This document shows, piece by piece, positions 29,468-38,249 of a stretch of 64,000 nucleotides of DNA. How positions within the stretch are numbered: position 1 is the stretch's first letter; each line of letters begins with the position of its first letter. A program made the position numbers and the translations under genes. Where the stretch lies: assembly GCA_035651315.1 (NCBI GenBank), contig DASRFY010000063.1:1009-65008 (forward strand), given 5' to 3'. The notes under the pieces are model-generated. The model had not been told where the DNA came from, did no database searches, and saw only the letters and a program-made list of their open reading frames with translations. The stretch is from Burkholderiales bacterium. Its GTDB lineage: Bacteria; Pseudomonadota; Gammaproteobacteria; Burkholderiales; Eutrophovitaceae.

Positions 29468-32400
29468 CTATGCAGTCGTCGATGCGGCATCGTCGGGGTG
29501 CAGCGACGCGCGTCCGCCGGCGCCGCGCAGCCGCGCGAAGATCGCCGGCAGCACCAGCAGCACCGCGGCGGTCGAGCCGAGCAGCCCGCCGATCACCGCG
29601 CGCCCGAGCGGCGCCGCCTGCTCGCCGCCTTCGCCCAGGCCGAGCGCGATCGGCAGCATGCCCGCCACCATCGCGGCAGTGGTCATGAGGATGGGCCGCA
29701 GCCTGCGCCGCGCCGCATGCAGGGCGGCCTGTTGCGCGTCGCCGCCGCCATTGCGCGCCGCTTCGGCGAGCGCGATCAGCAGCACCGCATTTGCCGTGGA
29801 TACGCCCGCCGCGGTGATCGCGCCGAGGTAGGACTGGATGTTGAGCGTCGTACCGGTGACCCACAGCATGAGCAGCACGCCCAGCAGCGCGCCGGGTGCG
29901 GCCAGCAGCACGACGAGCGCGACCGCGAACGACTGGAAGTACGCCGCCAGCAGCAGAAAGATCGCCGCCAGCGCGAGCAGCAGCCCGTTCTCCAGTCCCG
30001 AGACGGTCTGCGCCAGCGCCGGCAACTGGCCGCGCAGCGCGATGTTGACGCCGCGCGGCGGTTGCCCGACACGCTGGACCGCCTCGCTCACCGCGCGGGC
30101 CGCGCTGCCGAGATCCATGCCGAAGACGTTGGCGCTGATGCCGATGGTGCGCTGCTGGTTGTAGCGGTCGAATTCGCCCAGCATGCGGCCGAATCCCAGT
30201 TGCGCCACGTCGCCGATCAGCGGGCCGACGCCGTCCGCGCCGGAGGCGGGCAGCGTCAGCAGATCCTCCGCCGAGGCCACGCGCGCCTGCGGCAGCTCGA
30301 CTTGCACCTGGTAGGCGATACCGCTGCCCGGGTCCCGCCAGTAGATCGGCTCGATGTAGCGCGAGGACGAGGTCGCCGCCGCGAGCGCGCGGCCGACCTG
30401 CGACACCGTGACGCCCAACTGCCCCGCGCGCTCGCGATCCAGCTTCACTTCCAGCGTCGGATAATCGAGCGGCTGCTCGAAGGTGAGATCGCGCAGCCCA
30501 GCGAGGCCGCGCAACGCCTGCATGATCTTTTCCGCGAAAGCGCGGTCGGCGGCGAGGTTCGGTCCGCTCACCGCCACCTCGATCGGCGTGGACGCGCCGA
30601 AACTCAGGATCTGGCTGACGATGTCGCCCGCCTCGAAGGAAACCGAGGTGCCCGGAAGCGTCTCCGCCAGCCGTTTGCGCAGCCGCTCCTTGAACGGCTC
30701 GAGCCGGATTCCCGATCCCGGGCGCAGCGCGACCTGCAGCACGGCTTCGTGCGGTCCGCCGGTCCACAGGAAGATGCTGTTGATCGGATAGTTCGGCGTC
30801 TGCATGCCGACGAACCCCAGCGTCACGGCGACATTGCCGGCGCCCGCCTCGGCGCCGATCGTCTCCAGCGCCTTGCGCGCGATCACTTCGGTGCGCTCCA
30901 CCCGCGTGCCGGTCGGCGCGCGCAGCCGGATTTGGATCTGTCCCTGGTCGGAGGGCGGGAACAGATCGAGGCCCGCGTAGGCCGTGAGCAGGGGGATCAG
31001 GATGAGGGCGGATAACACGTAGACGGCCGGAAACAACCAGCCGTGCGCCACGATTCGGCCGAGGACGCGCTCATATCCCTGGTGCGCGAGGGCGAGCCAT
31101 CGCGGCGGCGCGGCGTGCGAGCGGTGCCTGCGCAGCCACCAGGCCGAGAGCACAGGCAGCAGGGTGCTCGACAGCAGGTAGGAAGCCGCCACGGCGAAGC
31201 CGACCGCGAGCGCGAGCGGAACGAACAACGAGCGGGCGATGCCCGCCATGAACAGCGCCGGCACGAACACCGCGATGATGGCGAGCATCGACAGCAGCCG
31301 CGGCACGGCCGTTTCGCGAATGCCGTCGAGCACCGCGCGCTCCAGCGGCGCGCCCTGCGCGAGATGCGCGTGGATGTTCTCGATCGCCACGGTCGCTTCG
31401 TCGACCAGGATGCCTACCGCCAGCGCGAGGCCGCCGAGCGTCATGATGTTGAGCGTCTGGCCCGTCATCCACAGCCCGAGCACGGCGCCGAAGAGCGCGA
31501 ACGGGATCGTGACCACGACGATCGCCGCGCTGCGCGGCTCGCGCAGAAAGAGCAGCACCATGAGGCCGGTGAGCAGCGCGCCGGCGAACCCCTCGATGGC
31601 GAGATTGCGCACCGCGTTGGTCACCGTGGGCGACTGGTCGAACTCGTAGCTCACCCGGATGTCCTCGGGAATCGCCGCCTGCATGCGCGGCAGTGCGGCC
31701 TTGACGCGGTTGACGACGTCCAGCGTCGAGGCCTCCGCGTGCTTGGTGACCGGGATGTAGACGGTGCGCTTGCCGTTGACCAGCCCGTAGCCGGTGAGGA
31801 TGTCGGCGCCGTTTTCCACCGTGCCGAGATCGCGCAGGAACACGGTCGGCCCGGAGCCGATGCGGATCGGCAGTCCGGCGAGCTCCTGGATGCCGGTCAC
31901 CACGGAATTGATCGGGGACAGGTAGTCGATGTCGCCGATGCGCACCTCGCCCGCGGGCAAGATGGCGTTGCCCGTCGCGACCGCGCGAGTGACGTCGTCC
32001 GCGGACAGGTGATAGGCGCGCAGGCGATCCGGATCCACCCGGATGACGACCGTGCGCTGGCTGCTGCCGAAGGGCGGCGGCGCCGACACGCCGGGCAGCG
32101 TGGCAAGGATGGGGCGCGCGCGGAACAGCGCCAGGTCCTGGATGTCGGCGACGGTGCGCGTGTCGCTGGAAAACACGAGTTGCCCGACCGGCACGCTCCC
32201 CGCGTCGAAGCGCACCACGAAGGGCGCCACGGTGCCGGGCGGCATGAAGGCGCGCGCTCGCTCGACGTACGACACCGTCTGCGCGAGCGCCTGGGCCATG
32301 TCGGTGCCGCGGTGGAAATACAATTTGATGAGGCCCATGTTCTGCACCGATTTCGACTCCACGTGCTCGATGCCGGTGATATAGAGGAAGTGGTACTCGT

Positions 32401-32599
32401 AATAGGAGACCAGGTAGCCTTCCATCTGCGACGGGTCCATGCCGCCGTAGGGCTGGGCGACGTAGATCACCGGCAGGTTGAGGTTGGGAAAGATGTCGAC
32501 CGGGATGCGAAGCAGCGCGAGCACCGCGGTGAGCGACAGCGCAGCCGCCGCCACGAGTACGGTGACGGGGCGGCGTAGCGCGGCATCGATGAGCTGCAT
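29468..32599 (-). CDS. RND efflux permease (AcrB family), full length
   Basis: 1043 aa with 12-TM/2-loop architecture. Colinear with the partial paralog at 1-2667. Confidence 0.92.
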   Translation of the reverse strand: MQLIDAALRRPVTVLVAAAALSLTAVLALLRIPVDIFPNLNLPVIYVAQPYGGMDPSQMEGYLVSYYEYHFLYITGIEHVESKSVQNMGLIKLYFHRGTDMAQALAQTVSYVERARAFMPPGTVAPFVVRFDAGSVPVGQLVFSSDTRTVADIQDLALFRARPILATLPGVSAPPPFGSSQRTVVIRVDPDRLRAYHLSADDVTRAVATGNAILPAGEVRIGDIDYLSPINSVVTGIQELAGLPIRIGSGPTVFLRDLGTVENGADILTGYGLVNGKRTVYIPVTKHAEASTLDVVNRVKAALPRMQAAIPEDIRVSYEFDQSPTVTNAVRNLAIEGFAGALLTGLMVLLFLREPRSAAIVVVTIPFALFGAVLGLWMTGQTLNIMTLGGLALAVGILVDEATVAIENIHAHLAQGAPLERAVLDGIRETAVPRLLSMLAIIAVFVPALFMAGIARSLFVPLALAVGFAVAASYLLSSTLLPVLSAWWLRRHRSHAAPPRWLALAHQGYERVLGRIVAHGWLFPAVYVLSALILIPLLTAYAGLDLFPPSDQGQIQIRLRAPTGTRVERTEVIARKALETIGAEAGAGNVAVTLGFVGMQTPNYPINSIFLWTGGPHEAVLQVALRPGSGIRLEPFKERLRKRLAETLPGTSVSFEAGDIVSQILSFGASTPIEVAVSGPNLAADRAFAEKIMQALRGLAGLRDLTFEQPLDYPTLEVKLDRERAGQLGVTVSQVGRALAAATSSSRYIEPIYWRDPGSGIAYQVQVELPQARVASAEDLLTLPASGADGVGPLIGDVAQLGFGRMLGEFDRYNQQRTIGISANVFGMDLGSAARAVSEAVQRVGQPPRGVNIALRGQLPALAQTVSGLENGLLLALAAIFLLLAAYFQSFAVALVVLLAAPGALLGVLLMLWVTGTTLNIQSYLGAITAAGVSTANAVLLIALAEAARNGGGDAQQAALHAARRRLRPILMTTAAMVAGMLPIALGLGEGGEQAAPLGRAVIGGLLGSTAAVLLVLPAIFARLRGAGGRASLHPDDAASTTA

Positions 32600-32704
32600 G
32601 CTGGATACCCGGGTGGGAGTTCCCGGCGTGGGTCGAACGGACCCGCGGGCGGTCGCAAAGATGTTGTGATAGATACTACATCACGTAGAATACGTTACGA
32701 GAAA

Positions 32705-33703
32705 ATGAAGCGCAACGCAACCCTTCGGGAAGACGGGCCCGGCGCGCCGGCGGCGGGCTGGCTGCTGATCGTGGTGAGCCTCTCCGGCGAGCAGGGGACG
32801 CTGCGCATGCGTCTGTGGCGCGCGCTCAAGGCGTTCGGCGCCGCGGTCCTGCGCGACGGCGTCTATCTGCTGCCCGCCCTGCCGCCGCTGCGGGAGAACC
32901 TGCGACGCGCGCTCGCGGAGGCGGGCGTGTCGGAGGCGGTGGCGCTGCTGACCGAGCTGCCGAACCAGGGCGCGGAGCAGGACGCGGCCTTCGCCGCGCT
33001 TTTCGATCGCAGCGACGCGTACGCCGATCTGCTCTCCGCGCTGCGCGCGTTCCTGGATCGAGTGAAGAGTCTTCCCGAGCCTGAAGCGCGCCGCGAGCTG
33101 CGCCAGTTGAACAAGAGCTTCGAGTCGATCCGCTCGACCGACTATTTCCCGGGCCGGCAGCGCGCCGACGCGGAGAAGGCGCTGCAGCGCGCCCATACCG
33201 CCTATCTGCGCCGCTTTTCTCCCGGCGAACCGGAAGCGGTGCACGCGCCGATTCCGAAGCGCGACGTCAAGCAATATCAGGGACGGCAGTGGGCGACGCG
33301 CAAACGGCCGTGGGTGGATCGGCTCGCCAGCGCCTGGCTCATCAGGCGGTTCGTCGATCGCCGCGCGCGTTTCCTCTGGCTCAAGCAGCCGCGCGATTGT
33401 CCGCGCGAAGCGGTCGGCTTCGATTTCGACGGCGCCGAGTTCACGCACGTGGAGGAGAACGTCACCTTCGAAGTGCTGCTGACGAGCTTCGGGCTGGAGA
33501 CGGATGCCGTCCTGCAGCGCCTGGCAGCGATCGTGCATTATCTGGACGTGGGCGGCGTGCCGGCGCCGGAAGCGCAGGGGCTGGAAAAACTCCTCGCCGG
33601 CCTGAAACGCAGCGAGCCCGACGACGACAAATTCCTGCAGCAGGCGTGCAGGATCTTCGACTGGCTCTACGCCGGCTTCGAGGCCGAAGCCGCCGCCGAT
33701 TAA
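32705..33703 (+). CDS. chrB: chromate resistance protein ChrB family
   Basis: 'WLLIVVSL...LRMRLWRALKAFGAAVLRDGVYLLP' N-domain and 'WATRKRPWVDRLASAWLIRRFVD' C-domain. ATG at 32705. Confidence 0.8.
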   Translation: MKRNATLREDGPGAPAAGWLLIVVSLSGEQGTLRMRLWRALKAFGAAVLRDGVYLLPALPPLRENLRRALAEAGVSEAVALLTELPNQGAEQDAAFAALFDRSDAYADLLSALRAFLDRVKSLPEPEARRELRQLNKSFESIRSTDYFPGRQRADAEKALQRAHTAYLRRFSPGEPEAVHAPIPKRDVKQYQGRQWATRKRPWVDRLASAWLIRRFVDRRARFLWLKQPRDCPREAVGFDFDGAEFTHVEENVTFEVLLTSFGLETDAVLQRLAAIVHYLDVGGVPAPEAQGLEKLLAGLKRSEPDDDKFLQQACRIFDWLYAGFEAEAAAD

Positions 33704-33710
33704 GCGCGAA

Positions 33711-34812
33711 TTACCGCGCGCCCGGCAGACAGCGAGGCAGCGCCTCGTAGCCGTCCTTCATCAGTGCGGCGACGGTCGCCGGCCGGCCGTCTTGCCGCGA
33801 CAGTTCTTCCACGTAGGCCAGCAACTGCTCGAATTCCTCGCTCCCCGACCACCGGTGCATCGTCGTGCCGAGTTCCGGCAGCGCCGTCGCCGGCGGCATC
33901 GGCGATTTGACGCGCTGCTCGACGGGCGTACGCCATGCCGAGAGCCGGACCAGCATACGGGGCGCACATTGGCGCAGATTGTCCGCGACTTGCGTCGCGT
34001 TGCCCGAGAGGAAGTTCGGAGGGAACTGCTCGGGGGTGAAATGACACAGGGCGCAGTACCGGAAGAAGGGCTGCCACTCGCGCTTCTCGATTGCGCTTGC
34101 ACTTACCTCCACCGCATCGAGCCGCGCAGGGGGCATATCTGCGTCATCGACACAACCAGTGATCCTTGCGTGGCGAGCAAGCGGTCGACGGCCTGGCGTA
34201 CGAGAGCGAAATCATCGAGCACGACGACCTCGACGCGCGCCGCGGCCGGCTCCGATGCGTTGGCCTGCGCGGCTGCGGCTGGCCAACGGCCCGGCAGCGC
34301 CGGGACTGCGCGCGATCGTGCGCATCCGAGCACCCTTGCCGCCATACCTTCTGCAGCGTCACCAGGGTGTTGGCGTGCACCGTCGATTTATCGATGTCGT
34401 CGGGGAAATCGATATTGGCTTGCGCCGACGAGCTGAAGTCCGCCCTCTGTGCGCGCAGCAACGCCGCCACAAGGCCGTTGGCATTGGTCTCGCCCCAGAT
34501 GGCCCGGGAGAAAATCGGCGCGTGGTTCTGATGGCAGGAAATGCAGATCGCCCGGTTGGCGTAGAAGACTTTCGGCTGCGCGCCGGCACGGTGGTCCTTG
34601 ACCAGTTGGAATTCGAAACGGCCCGCGGCCTCGTTGTAGCTGATGACTTCGAGGATGCCGGTTTTCTCGAGGTAGCCCACGTAGAGCCGGTCTTTTAGCA
34701 ACATGCCGCCATCGTGCCCGCCGGCAGCGGGTTCCCCCGTGACAGTATAGACGATGCGCGGGTACTTGAAGAAGTCGGGAGCCGCTGCGCTGTAAGGGAC
34801 GCCCCATCGGGA
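33711..34812 (-). pseudogene. di-heme cytochrome c-like protein gene, 5'-truncated and carrying two frameshifts
   Basis: Three consecutive minus-strand frames carry protein-like sequence: 34812-34330, about 34330-34140, and 34136-33711. Two CxxCH motifs are present ('CISCH', 'CALCH'). Coding signal extends upstream of the first possible start codon. Confidence 0.5.
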
Positions 34813-34917
34813 TCATCGCGACCCGCGCGCCCGCGAGACGACAGCCCCAACTTCATCGAAGCATCTTATCCCATGCCCGACGCTGTCTACGACATGGGAC
34901 CGAATTTTCGCTTTCTC

Positions 34918-35010
34918 CAGCCTGAAGCGCAGAGAGCCTGAGGATGACAAGCTGCTGCAGCGGGCGTCGCGGATCTTCGACTGGCTCTACGCCTGTTTCG
35001 AGGCCGAAGC
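34918..35010 (+). pseudogene. remnant of a second chrB 3' end
   Basis: About 85% nucleotide identity to 33598-33700. It encodes 'LKRREPEDDKLLQRASRIFDWLYACFEAEAAA' versus 'LKRSEPDDDKFLQQACRIFDWLYAGFEAEAAA'. Confidence 0.65.
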
Positions 35011-35177
35011 CGCGGCCGAGGAGGCGCGAGTCTTCGGGTGCCTTGCGAGCTCGTGGGCGACGTTTACACAGGTACAGTTGCGCATTCCGCATGCACCCAG
35101 GCAAAAGACAAGGCCTGACCCTGGACCTGCTCGCTCGCACACCACACCAAACACCTTGCGCCTTAAGGTAGCGCCAT

Positions 35178-35196
35178 GGGGGTGCGTCCCCTTTTA
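35178..35196 (+). repeat. REP-like hairpin copy 1 (GGGGG-TGCGT-CCCC-TTTT)
   Basis: Same core and loop as copy 2, with a weaker A-arm. Confidence 0.6.
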
Positions 35197-35306
35197 TTCT
35201 CCCCAAGAAAACGGTCTCGCGGCGATTGCCGCGCTGGATGACGTGGTGCGGAATCCCGGCAAAGGTCGGTCGGGCGAGCCTCGGCGTGCGCCAAGCATAT
35301 TCAGAC

Positions 35307-35327
35307 AAAAGGGGTGCGTCCCCTTTT
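35307..35327 (+). repeat. REP-like hairpin copy 2 (AAAAGGGG-TGCGT-CCCCTTTT); likely also the terminator of the FRG gene
   Basis: Perfect 8-bp stem with a 5-nt loop, 55 nt downstream of the FRG gene stop on the minus strand. Confidence 0.65.
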
Positions 35328-35381
35328 ACTCTTCTTTTACTCTTGACCCTGGACCTGTGCACGAACCGGCGCTGGTTTCGA

Positions 35382-36497
35382 CTAACCGAAAAAGCGATCT
35401 CGTAGGCCCTTGCATATCCCGTCTAGACCGGGAAAGAGTGATGCCTCAGTTATTCCCATCATACGCAGTTCGGCTAGGGCCCCCTTCGCCGACACTTTCG
35501 GCAAGTCTATCTTTGTCAGGTAGCGCTTGTGAGTCTGCTCTTCGACTTTGGTAACGAATACCTCGATCTCCACGACGTTTGAAAGGAGAAATACAGACTG
35601 TTGAGGGAGCGCTCGGTTGTGATCGCGGGCGGCGGCGCGGACGGGATACAGGCTTAGAAACGGGGTTTCGAGTGCCCCGCTTCCGGCCCCGCTATCGCAC
35701 TGCAGTTCGTCGATGTTAAGTGCGTAAACTCGGCATGCCCCATTGCCAACGGAAACTAGAGCACGAAATCCGAAGTATGCCGCTATGTAAGGCGACTCCG
35801 TCCAGTCTAGCAACAGGGTTGGATATCCATGGTGCTGAGCTACGCTCAGGAGATTGTTGTAGTCATGGAAGTCGTTCAGTCGGTACGCGCGCCCAGTGAC
35901 CCCGCTCACGTAGCCTGCTAGTACAGGAAGGTCCTCTTGCCTGTAGCGAATCAGATCTCGCCTTCCCGTGCGATGAAGGCTCGTCTTCAAGCGATAGGTG
36001 GCCTTCTCTTGTCCGCGAAAAATCAACGGACAGTTTTCGAGCGGGAGACTGGAGCCCCATTCTTTGAATTCAGACCAACCGAAAGTATGGTCGGCTACGG
36101 ACGGTGCATCGGTTTCAACGCATCCAATAACGATCTCACCGTTTGTACCTGGGGGTCCTTTCGGAGTCCTCAGCGTGACCCGCAGTTCGTTGCCGTCAAT
36201 CGTGCCACAGACGACGCCCGCAAATACCTCTTTGGGCTCGGACTGCTGCTGTTCATCATGCGGAAGATCGAATGGATAGGGAGAGAACTCCACGGAACCC
36301 GTGACGGATGAGCCAGTGACTGAGACGTTCTTCAGTGTGGCGTGTCTCCAGTGCGTAGCCTCTTTGAGCGAGAAGAGCAGCAACCGCCCAGAGTTGGGCC
36401 GATCGCGGTCAATGTTCAACACGGCATGCCATTGATGCCCAGCGTCAATCAGTTGTCCGGTCCACTGCCCCCACATACTTCGGTTCGCTTGGCTCAA
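35382..36497 (-). CDS. FRG domain-containing protein with unassigned ~150-aa N-terminal domain
   Basis: 'LIFRGQ' (F160-R161-G162), 'SVAQHHGYPTLLLDWTESPYIAAYFGF' and 'HNRALPQQSVFLLSN'. The start is TTG 36497 or ATG 36476, neither with a clear SD. GC is markedly lower than in the flanks. Confidence 0.8.
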   Translation of the reverse strand: MSQANRSMWGQWTGQLIDAGHQWHAVLNIDRDRPNSGRLLLFSLKEATHWRHATLKNVSVTGSSVTGSVEFSPYPFDLPHDEQQQSEPKEVFAGVVCGTIDGNELRVTLRTPKGPPGTNGEIVIGCVETDAPSVADHTFGWSEFKEWGSSLPLENCPLIFRGQEKATYRLKTSLHRTGRRDLIRYRQEDLPVLAGYVSGVTGRAYRLNDFHDYNNLLSVAQHHGYPTLLLDWTESPYIAAYFGFRALVSVGNGACRVYALNIDELQCDSGAGSGALETPFLSLYPVRAAARDHNRALPQQSVFLLSNVVEIEVFVTKVEEQTHKRYLTKIDLPKVSAKGALAELRMMGITEASLFPGLDGICKGLRDRFFG

Positions 36498-36552
36498 GAG
36501 TCGCCCAAAGTGGGCCGAGGGACGCCTGGTCCTGCAACCTCACGAAAAAAGC

Positions 36553-36577
36553 AAAAAAAAGGGGACGCACACCTTTT
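36553..36577 (-). repeat. REP-like hairpin copy 3 (inverted relative to copies 1 and 2); likely terminator of the serine hydrolase gene
   Basis: The plus strand reads A8-GGGG-ACGCA-CACC-TTTT. On the minus strand this is a hairpin followed by T8, 105 nt after the stop of the 36683-37996 gene. Confidence 0.6.
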
Positions 36578-36682
36578 CGTAAAATCGGCGACCTTTTCCC
36601 GTTGGCGCTCTGTGATATATCGAGCGACGGCGGTCTCGGATTTCGGATTTCGATCGCCTCGACAAACAACCTCCGATCGTAT

Positions 36683-37996
36683 TCAGTCGACGATCGCGGC
36701 GTAGACGAGCTGCTTGAACAGCTTGCGATAGTAGGCGCGGATCGGGCTCGGCGCCTGGGTCATGTAGACGGCGGCGATCTCTTCCTTGGGGTCGACCCAG
36801 AAATAGGTGCCGGCGTAGCCCGCCCACATGAATTCGCCGGCGCTGCCGGGCACACCGGCCACGCCTGCGCCCTGTCGCACGGCGAAGCCGAGGCCGAAGG
36901 TGTAGCCCGGCGTGCCGAGCAGCAGCTCGCCCGGCGTAACCGGCGCATGGATGCGCGTGCCGAGATGATCGGAAGTCATCAGCGCCACGGTGCTGCGGCT
37001 GAGCACGCGCGCGCCGTCGAGCTGGCCGCCGTTCAGCAGCATCTGCACGAAGCGCAGATAGTCCGCCGCAGTGGACACGCCGCCCGCGCCGCCGGAATCG
37101 TTGTTCGGCACGATGGAGACGTCGACGAGCTTGTTGGGCTTGCCCGTTGCCTGATCGACCGGCAGCGGCTCGGCGAGACGAGAGAGCTTTTCCTTCGGCA
37201 CCCAGAATCCCGAGTCGCTCATCTTGAGCGGCCTGAACAGGCGCTGCTCGAGAAAGGTCGCGAGCCGCTCGCCGGAGGCGGCTTCCACCACGCGCCCGAG
37301 CATGTCGACCGCGAGGCTGTACTCCCACACCGTGCCAGGCTGGTGCGCAAGCGGCGCCTTTGCCATGCGCTCCACTTCTTCCGCCGGCGTAAGGTCGCGC
37401 GCATCGTAGTCGATGCTCGGCTTGTACACGCCGGCCTTGGCGTACGCCTCCTTCACCGGGGCGTTCTGCGTGATCTCGCCGTAGGCGAGCCCGGCGGTAT
37501 GACGCAGCAGATCCTGCACGGTCGGCTCGCGCTCCGCCGGCACCAGCGTGTACGTCGTCTTTGCGAACTCGGGATCGGCCTTCGCCACGCTGACCTGGAG
37601 GTTCTTCATCGCCGGCAGAAACTTGGAGACCGGATCGGTGAGCTGGATCTTGCCGTCCTCGACCAGCATCATCGCCGCCACCGACACCAAGGGCTTGGTC
37701 ATCGAATAGATGCGGAAGATCGCGTCCTTCGTCATCGGCTTGCCGGCTTCCTTGTTCTGGAAGCCGATCGCGTCCGCGTACACGAGCTTGCCCTTTCGGG
37801 CGACCATCACCACCACGCCCGGCAGCTTGCCCTGGTCGATTTCGTGCTTGTAGGCTTCGCCGATGCGGCCGAGCCGCTGCGCCGACATGCCGACCGATTC
37901 GGCGGGCGCGGGCGGCAGCGCCTGCGGCCACGCGAACGCCGGCGGCAAGAAGGCGAGGACGCAAAGAAGCAGGGCGGCGAATTTTCTTGTTCTCAC
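36683..37996 (-). CDS. serine hydrolase (beta-lactamase/class C esterase family)
   Basis: 'IYSMTKP' S-x-x-K motif and a signal peptide. GTG 37996 follows GGAGGAG. The track start, TTG 38014, is less likely. Confidence 0.85.
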   Translation of the reverse strand: MRTRKFAALLLCVLAFLPPAFAWPQALPPAPAESVGMSAQRLGRIGEAYKHEIDQGKLPGVVVMVARKGKLVYADAIGFQNKEAGKPMTKDAIFRIYSMTKPLVSVAAMMLVEDGKIQLTDPVSKFLPAMKNLQVSVAKADPEFAKTTYTLVPAEREPTVQDLLRHTAGLAYGEITQNAPVKEAYAKAGVYKPSIDYDARDLTPAEEVERMAKAPLAHQPGTVWEYSLAVDMLGRVVEAASGERLATFLEQRLFRPLKMSDSGFWVPKEKLSRLAEPLPVDQATGKPNKLVDVSIVPNNDSGGAGGVSTAADYLRFVQMLLNGGQLDGARVLSRSTVALMTSDHLGTRIHAPVTPGELLLGTPGYTFGLGFAVRQGAGVAGVPGSAGEFMWAGYAGTYFWVDPKEEIAAVYMTQAPSPIRAYYRKLFKQLVYAAIVD

Positions 37997-38249
37997 GGCG
38001 GTCTCCTCCGGCAAATGATCTGCTGCGGCGGACGTTACGGCGAGCCGCCGTCCGGTGTCAATTCGTTGAATCGAAAGGGGGCGCCCGCCGCGAGTTCCGT
38101 GGACAGAAATTTTTCCATTTGTTTCCGGCGCGTCCCGCGCCCTCTCGTCGCTCGCCGGACGGTTGGCGCGGGCGGAATCGAGGCGTATCCTAAAAATGCA
38201 ACTTCAACCGCCGGTCTCCCCGGCCGGCACAACATGGAGGTGAGCGCCC

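Larger units (their letters stand above)
35117..35357. mobile_element. ghost of a REP-associated tyrosine transposase (RAYT) unit: 14-nt direct repeats, two REP-like hairpins and a ~75-nt RAYT 5' fragment
   Basis: TGACCCTGGACCTG occurs at 35117-35130 and 35344-35357. Hairpins lie at 35178-35196 and 35307-35327. The minus-strand fragment 35207-35281 encodes 'RLARPTFAGIPHHVIQRGNRRETVF', the typical Y1 transposase N-terminus. Confidence 0.5.

Noticed and set aside
28164-31015. The 867-aa minus-strand ORF (28164-30767) and the 886-aa plus-strand ORF (28355-31015) overlapping the second RND/adaptor pair.
   Set aside because: These are shadow frames of the clearly identifiable adaptor (28271-29458) and permease (29468-32599) genes.
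35331-35345. Possible CRISPR or tandem-repeat arrays: CTTTTACTCTT x2 here, TAGAGTCGG x2 near 53051-53068 and TCGGATTT x2 near 36634-36651.
   Set aside because: Each has only two short adjacent copies, with no spacer-repeat periodicity and no cas genes. No CRISPR array is present in the window.
34853-35362. A 169-aa minus-strand ORF that could be read as an intact small transposase-like gene. It contains two 'KGDAP' peptides.
   Set aside because: Only residues ~28-52 resemble a RAYT N-terminus. The 'KGDAP' repeats are simply translations of the AAAGGGGACGCACCC hairpin repeats. The rest runs antisense through the chrB remnant.
35078-35554. A 158-aa plus-strand ORF overlapping the 3' end of the FRG gene.
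   Set aside because: It reads through the repeats and is antisense to the FRG ORF. It has no motif and no RBS.
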